The translations under genes and the position numbers were made by a program. Source: Schmidtea polychroa (taxonomy: Eukaryota). From it: a stretch of 64,000 nucleotides of DNA. The notes under the pieces were generated by a model. That model saw only the letters and a list, made by a program, of their open reading frames with translations. It made no database searches and had not been told where the DNA came from. Positions 60,601-64,000 of this stretch are shown one piece after another; the first letter of the stretch is position 1; every line of letters starts with the position of its first letter. Location of the stretch: NCBI GenBank assembly GCA_044892525.1, contig CM097886.1, positions 76,694,001 to 76,758,000 on the forward strand, given 5' to 3'.

Positions 60601-62313
60601 AGGAGGCAGGAATCCCCACCCATCTCATCCCATCACTCTCATTAACGTATTGGATAAATGGGGAGCAACGGAGAAACCATTACATTTGGAACGGCAGAAA
60701 TAGGATATAACAATAGGCATTAACCCGAATCATTCCAAGTTATCACAAAATTCCCTAAACCAAACAGGAGGCAGGAATCCCCCCCATCCCATCGATCACA
60801 TCAATGTATTGATAAATGGGGAGCAACGGAGAAACCATTACATTTGCAACGGCAGAAATAGGATATAACAATAGGCATTAACCCGAATCATTCCAAGTTA
60901 TCACAAAATTCCCTAAACCAAACAGGAGGCAGGAATCCCCCCCCCCATCCCATCGATCACATCAATGTATTGATAAATGGGGAGCAACGGAGAAACCATT
61001 ACATTTGCAACGGCAGAAATAGGATATAACAATAGGCATTAACCCGAATCATTCCAAGTTATCATAAAACCCCCTAGAGACAATGGTCACCTCATAATTC
61101 AAGCACGAATTGATAGGAACACTTACAGAATCCTATCGAGGCATTCATCCTGTAAGTTGTGCATTCTGAATATCGTGATTGCATCACTGGCAGCCACTTG
61201 GTCACTATCTGAACTGGTTTGAATTGTCTGAAAGCACTTTGTGTAATATTCCAATTGTTCCGAAGTGGCCATTGGAATCCGGTCGTCACTGTCTGTTGTT
61301 GTGCCGGGAACTGTTGCCAAACCTTCCACAGCTTCCATCAGAGTGTATCCGGTGGGATTTTTGTCTTGCACGTCTGCGTTATCGGCATTCTCATCCTCAT
61401 CTGATTCGTATGAAAATGACGAACTGTCATGATCACTACTACTACTGTATTCGTTTGAATCACCATCTTCATTTCTTTTACAGAACAAATTGAAATCCGT
61501 TTTCACATCTGAGCCTAATAAGCCTTTATTGTCTTCATCTGAATAACCATCCCAAACATTGTCATCGTCATCGGGTTCGTCTTCGGTGTTCTCTTGTGTA
61601 TTTAGATTATCCAATTTGACTGGAAAATTATCCAATGAACCTTTAGATACATGCTGGCTCATCGTTTTTGAGATTGGGCTACTGTATGAATATCTATTTG
61701 TCTGAACTGAATTAAACTAATTTTAAATTAATCTCTATTAATCTACTGGGGGTATATTGTGTAATATGTTGTTACCAGACAACGTGCGCATGTGATACTT
61801 ATTATTCGACTGAAGTATCGTAAGAGGCAGCCTAAATTTATTTACATATGAACTAAATTCAAAATTCAAATTACTCAGATGTTTTCTGAACTGTTTTAAA
61901 GGCTTCCTCGTTAACTTCATGATCAAACCTTGGCAAGGAATGAATAACTAAAGTGTTAAACCTAACATATATTGTAATATAAAATAATAATCAACCATTT
62001 TTTTGTAATATATTCTCATCAACATCAGTTCCAGCTTGTGCTAAAGATATTATTTTTAAAGCAATATAAAATTGACTTCGACCAAAAAATCCTAATCTAT
62101 TAGCACCACAGTATTCACATATCTAAACTTCATTAAGTAATATTTTGAAAGAGCAACATAAACTTTTTTTAAATCATCAACTTGTATACCAGATTTCAAA
62201 AACAACTTATAGGCCTCTAATCCTGAAACTTTGCCAACTTTTTGTACATCACATTGTGCAAATAATTTTTCATAAAACAAAGTTTCCTCTAATTTTATGT
62301 TAAATTGTGTCAT
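39190..62313 (-). CDS. REPS1: RalBP1-associated Eps-domain protein (REPS1/REPS2/POB1 family), 10 exons, 624 aa
   Basis: Exons with consistent phases: 62313-62164, 62122-61996, 61947-61875, 61831-61747, 61701-61127, 52287-52142, 48536-48391, 46191-46023, 45885-45669, 39376-39190 (1875 nt). N-terminal EH-like [23 protein letters not shown] matches REPS1 [23 protein letters not shown]. Second EH is [14 protein letters not shown]...[14 protein letters not shown], followed by a PPPPPR proline motif and a C-terminal coil ([27 protein letters not shown]) matching the RalBP1-binding tail. The low-complexity exons 3, 4, 7 and 8 are less certain. Confidence 0.92.
39560..42062 (+). mobile_element. hAT transposon (ZMYM1-like/DUF4371 type), pseudogenised transposase, in the last REPS intron
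   Basis: TTF-type zinc finger (RTWLVY...ALCFCC...HENSAVH), LRGH/GNFL motifs, [15 protein letters not shown]-like region, and hATC dimerisation [14 protein letters not shown]...[12 protein letters not shown]. Right end ...CCCTAGTTACGCCACTG at 42062; left TIR not found. Confidence 0.9.
42474..44882 (+). mobile_element. Mutator-like (MULE) transposon with near-intact transposase (42643-44422, one +1 frameshift near 42820)
   Basis: [46 protein letters not shown] finger [14 protein letters not shown] and AT-hook KRKRGRP. Inverted subterminal arrays of TTTGCACACTA / TAGTGTGCAAA and TGCTAACTA / TAGTTAGCA lie at both ends. Ends are approximate. Confidence 0.92.
47050..47180 (+). mobile_element. Helitron PIF1-helicase fragment
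   Basis: Frame reads [28 protein letters not shown], matching the Helitron helicase motif LxxNMR...FAxWLLxxGNG. Confidence 0.6.
49905..50250. repeat. Degenerate minisatellite, ~20-22-bp unit (atatgacaaatggattataat)
   Basis: About 15 tandem imperfect copies visible by eye. Confidence 0.85.
50331..51468 (+). mobile_element. Tc1-like transposon with decayed transposase (50518-51360)
   Basis: ~60-bp inverted repeats (tttattaaagcattgaagtat-acttc--t-attttaagcgagcaa) at both ends. Paired-like [27 protein letters not shown], and DDE motifs [29 protein letters not shown]. Confidence 0.85.
51529..51614. repeat. (TA)43 microsatellite
   Basis: Perfect TA run. Confidence 0.95.
51631..52007. mobile_element. 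Non-autonomous hAT element (377 bp)
   Basis: Ends CAGGCTCGCCAC / GTGACGGGTCTG (9/12 inverted match). The 8-bp flanks ACCATATC / AACATATC (7/8) fit a hAT TSD. GC-rich subterminal motifs. Confidence 0.7.
53493..55582 (+). mobile_element. Internally deleted hAT transposon (ZMYM1-like), pseudogenised
   Basis: TIRs CAGGCCCGTTCCTG / CAGGAATGGCACTG (11/14); 8-bp flanks CAAAACAC / CAAAATAT. Transposase remnants [49 protein letters not shown]. Confidence 0.88.
60580..61078. repeat. Recent tandem repeat, ~160-bp unit x3 plus a degenerate partial unit, at the 5' end of REPS intron 5
   Basis: The motif taaaccaaacagg recurs at 60591, 60756 and 60914, and the array ends near 61075. Copies 2 and 3 are near-identical apart from C-run length. 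Confidence 0.93.
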
Positions 62314-63036
62314 TCAAATCTAATTAATAATTATTATCAATTTATTATATATTTAAAATAAATTTGAATAAATAGGCGAGTTTAATATAAATAAACAACA
62401 ACGATGAAGTATTAGTAAAAATAAATGTTAAGTAAAGATATCTTAAATGATTTTTCAGGATTAATAAAATAAGATATAAAACTAAAATTGTATTTTCTTA
62501 ATTAAGACTTAAAATAAATATCGAACTTAATTGATATTAAAACAGCAAATTACATTTCATTCATTACTAATCTGTGGAAAAGACCGTATAATAAAAGTTA
62601 AAACATTTTTATTAATTAAAAAATTGAAATATCAATCTCATAGATTTGTATTGATAAATTAGATAACCTACTTATCTTTTCCGCTTACTTAATTAATTTT
62701 TCGTTTTGCATTTTTGTTTTAAAATAATACACTATATTATTTTCAAATTACTAATCTAATTTTAAAGAGAAATTTGAGTTTTTCTTCTATTATTTTATTT
62801 TATATTTTAATTATTTTTGTAATGGAACCACTTTTAGATAAAAAATCTAAAGATGGAAATTTACGAATGGTAAATTTGTTATTGGAAATTAACTTCTTAT
62901 TATATTTAGATCTTTAGACATTTAAAACGAAGGGTTTTAAATCGTATTCCAATTAGTTACAAATCATTACTGATACTTGTATTTGGATTATTTTTATCTC
63001 TTTATACTTTTTATACAATTTTCCACTATTTATTTT

Positions 63037-63180
63037 TTAAAAATCATTTTGATCCAGTTGTTGGAGTTGAAGGAAAATCGTGTCCTGCTTGCTTTGGAAG
63101 TAGAGCATGCCCATCTTTTTCCCGTGGCGAAATAAATGTAAAAGGAATTTATCGTTTGCCATTTTTACAAAAATTGAAAA
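63037..63180 (-). CDS. Possible terminal exon of an unidentified upstream gene
   Basis: AG acceptor at 63181-63182 is followed by a 48-codon frame ending in TAA (FSIFVKMANDKFLLHLFRHGKKMGMLYFQSKQDTIFLQLQQLDQNDF*). Donor-like AAG|GTAAG at 63396 and AAG|GTAAA near 63687 lie upstream. No homology recognised. Confidence 0.25.
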   Translation of the reverse strand, partial: FSIFVKMANDKFLLHLFRHGKKMGMLYFQSKQDTIFLQLQQLDQNDF

Positions 63181-64000
63181 CTAGACAAATTTTCGAATCA
63201 TATCACGGTAATTTTAAAAATTTATTATTTGCTAACTTTATTTATATTTGTACTTGTCCATGTGATAGTAAAGCGCGCGTTTTTATCTTCTGTATAAATT
63301 TTTACTATATTTCATCGATTTCTATTTTTATAATAATTATTTAATAAATTTATTTTTAAAAATAAACATTTTTTGATTATTATTTTAGGTCTTACCTTTT
63401 TAAATTGACATTTTACCACTTCTGGTCTTTATGGTAAAATACCCACCCAACCCCATTCATTGTTTAAATGAAAGAAATAGATTCGATTCTGATCGATTTT
63501 TTAAATTTATTAGTACTCAGAAAGTAAATTTATCTCTCGTGGGGATTGAATGATTAAAAACAGGCATTAGTTACTGGTGTTGCGGTTTAATATATAAAAA
63601 TTAATCATGCTGGCTATTAAATCGATTTCTCAATAAAAAATAAAGTAAACAAATAAAAGTTTGAAGGATTTTCATGTTAATTTTACCTTCATTCCAACCC
63701 ACTCTTTTTCTCTTCCCAGTCTCATGCGATATCCTTAATGTAATCTTCATTGGGAATTTTATTGATTAGGTAAAAATCTGATATTCACATAAATAGTAAA
63801 TATATTTACCCTAAAAGTTGATTTAAACATTTATTTTCCTTTATCTTCGATTATCTATTTGACAATTAAATTTATCTACGCTGAAATTCGTGTCACATAT
63901 AAAACGCTATATTTTATAATATATTTCCTTTATGACTTTTTGTCTGCATTTGTCCACGATTGTTTTTATAACTTTCTCGGCGTTTTAAAACCTTTTTAAA

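Noticed and set aside
60580-61078. CRISPR-like repeat-spacer array (also considered for 4241-5970, 44600-44880 and 49905-50250)
   Set aside because: Eukaryotic context, no unique spacers and no cas genes; these are plain tandem repeats.

Overview
AT-rich animal genomic DNA from a draft assembly (7 N-gaps). The taxon cannot be identified from the window; the exon proteins are clearly metazoan. Two intron-rich housekeeping genes lie in tandem on the minus strand, and I could rebuild both exon by exon with consistent GT-AG phases. One is a secretory-pathway Ca2+/Mn2+ ATPase (SPCA/ATP2C1; 17 exons, 33282->2356, 920 aa, or 906 aa if a 42-nt in-frame C-terminal intron is spliced). The other is a REPS1/2-type EH-domain endocytic adaptor (10 exons, 62313->39190, 624 aa). 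A small intronless ORF encoding a predicted secreted protein (461-892, +) converges on the ATPase. Introns are bimodal, either about 41-55 nt or 1.2-8.8 kb. The long introns hold decayed DNA transposons (pogo/Tigger, Tc1/mariner, hAT, MULE, Ginger-like, piggyBac MITEs, a Helitron fragment), fold-back elements, satellites and a histone H2A pseudogene. I found no rRNA, tRNA or CRISPR, and no clearly new multi-gene system. The best leads are the degenerate EH domain of REPS, a 194-bp near-perfect intronic hairpin, a likely retained-intron C-terminal isoform of SPCA, a near-intact MULE, a Ginger-like element, an orphan secreted protein, and a strong antisense bias of intronic transposases.
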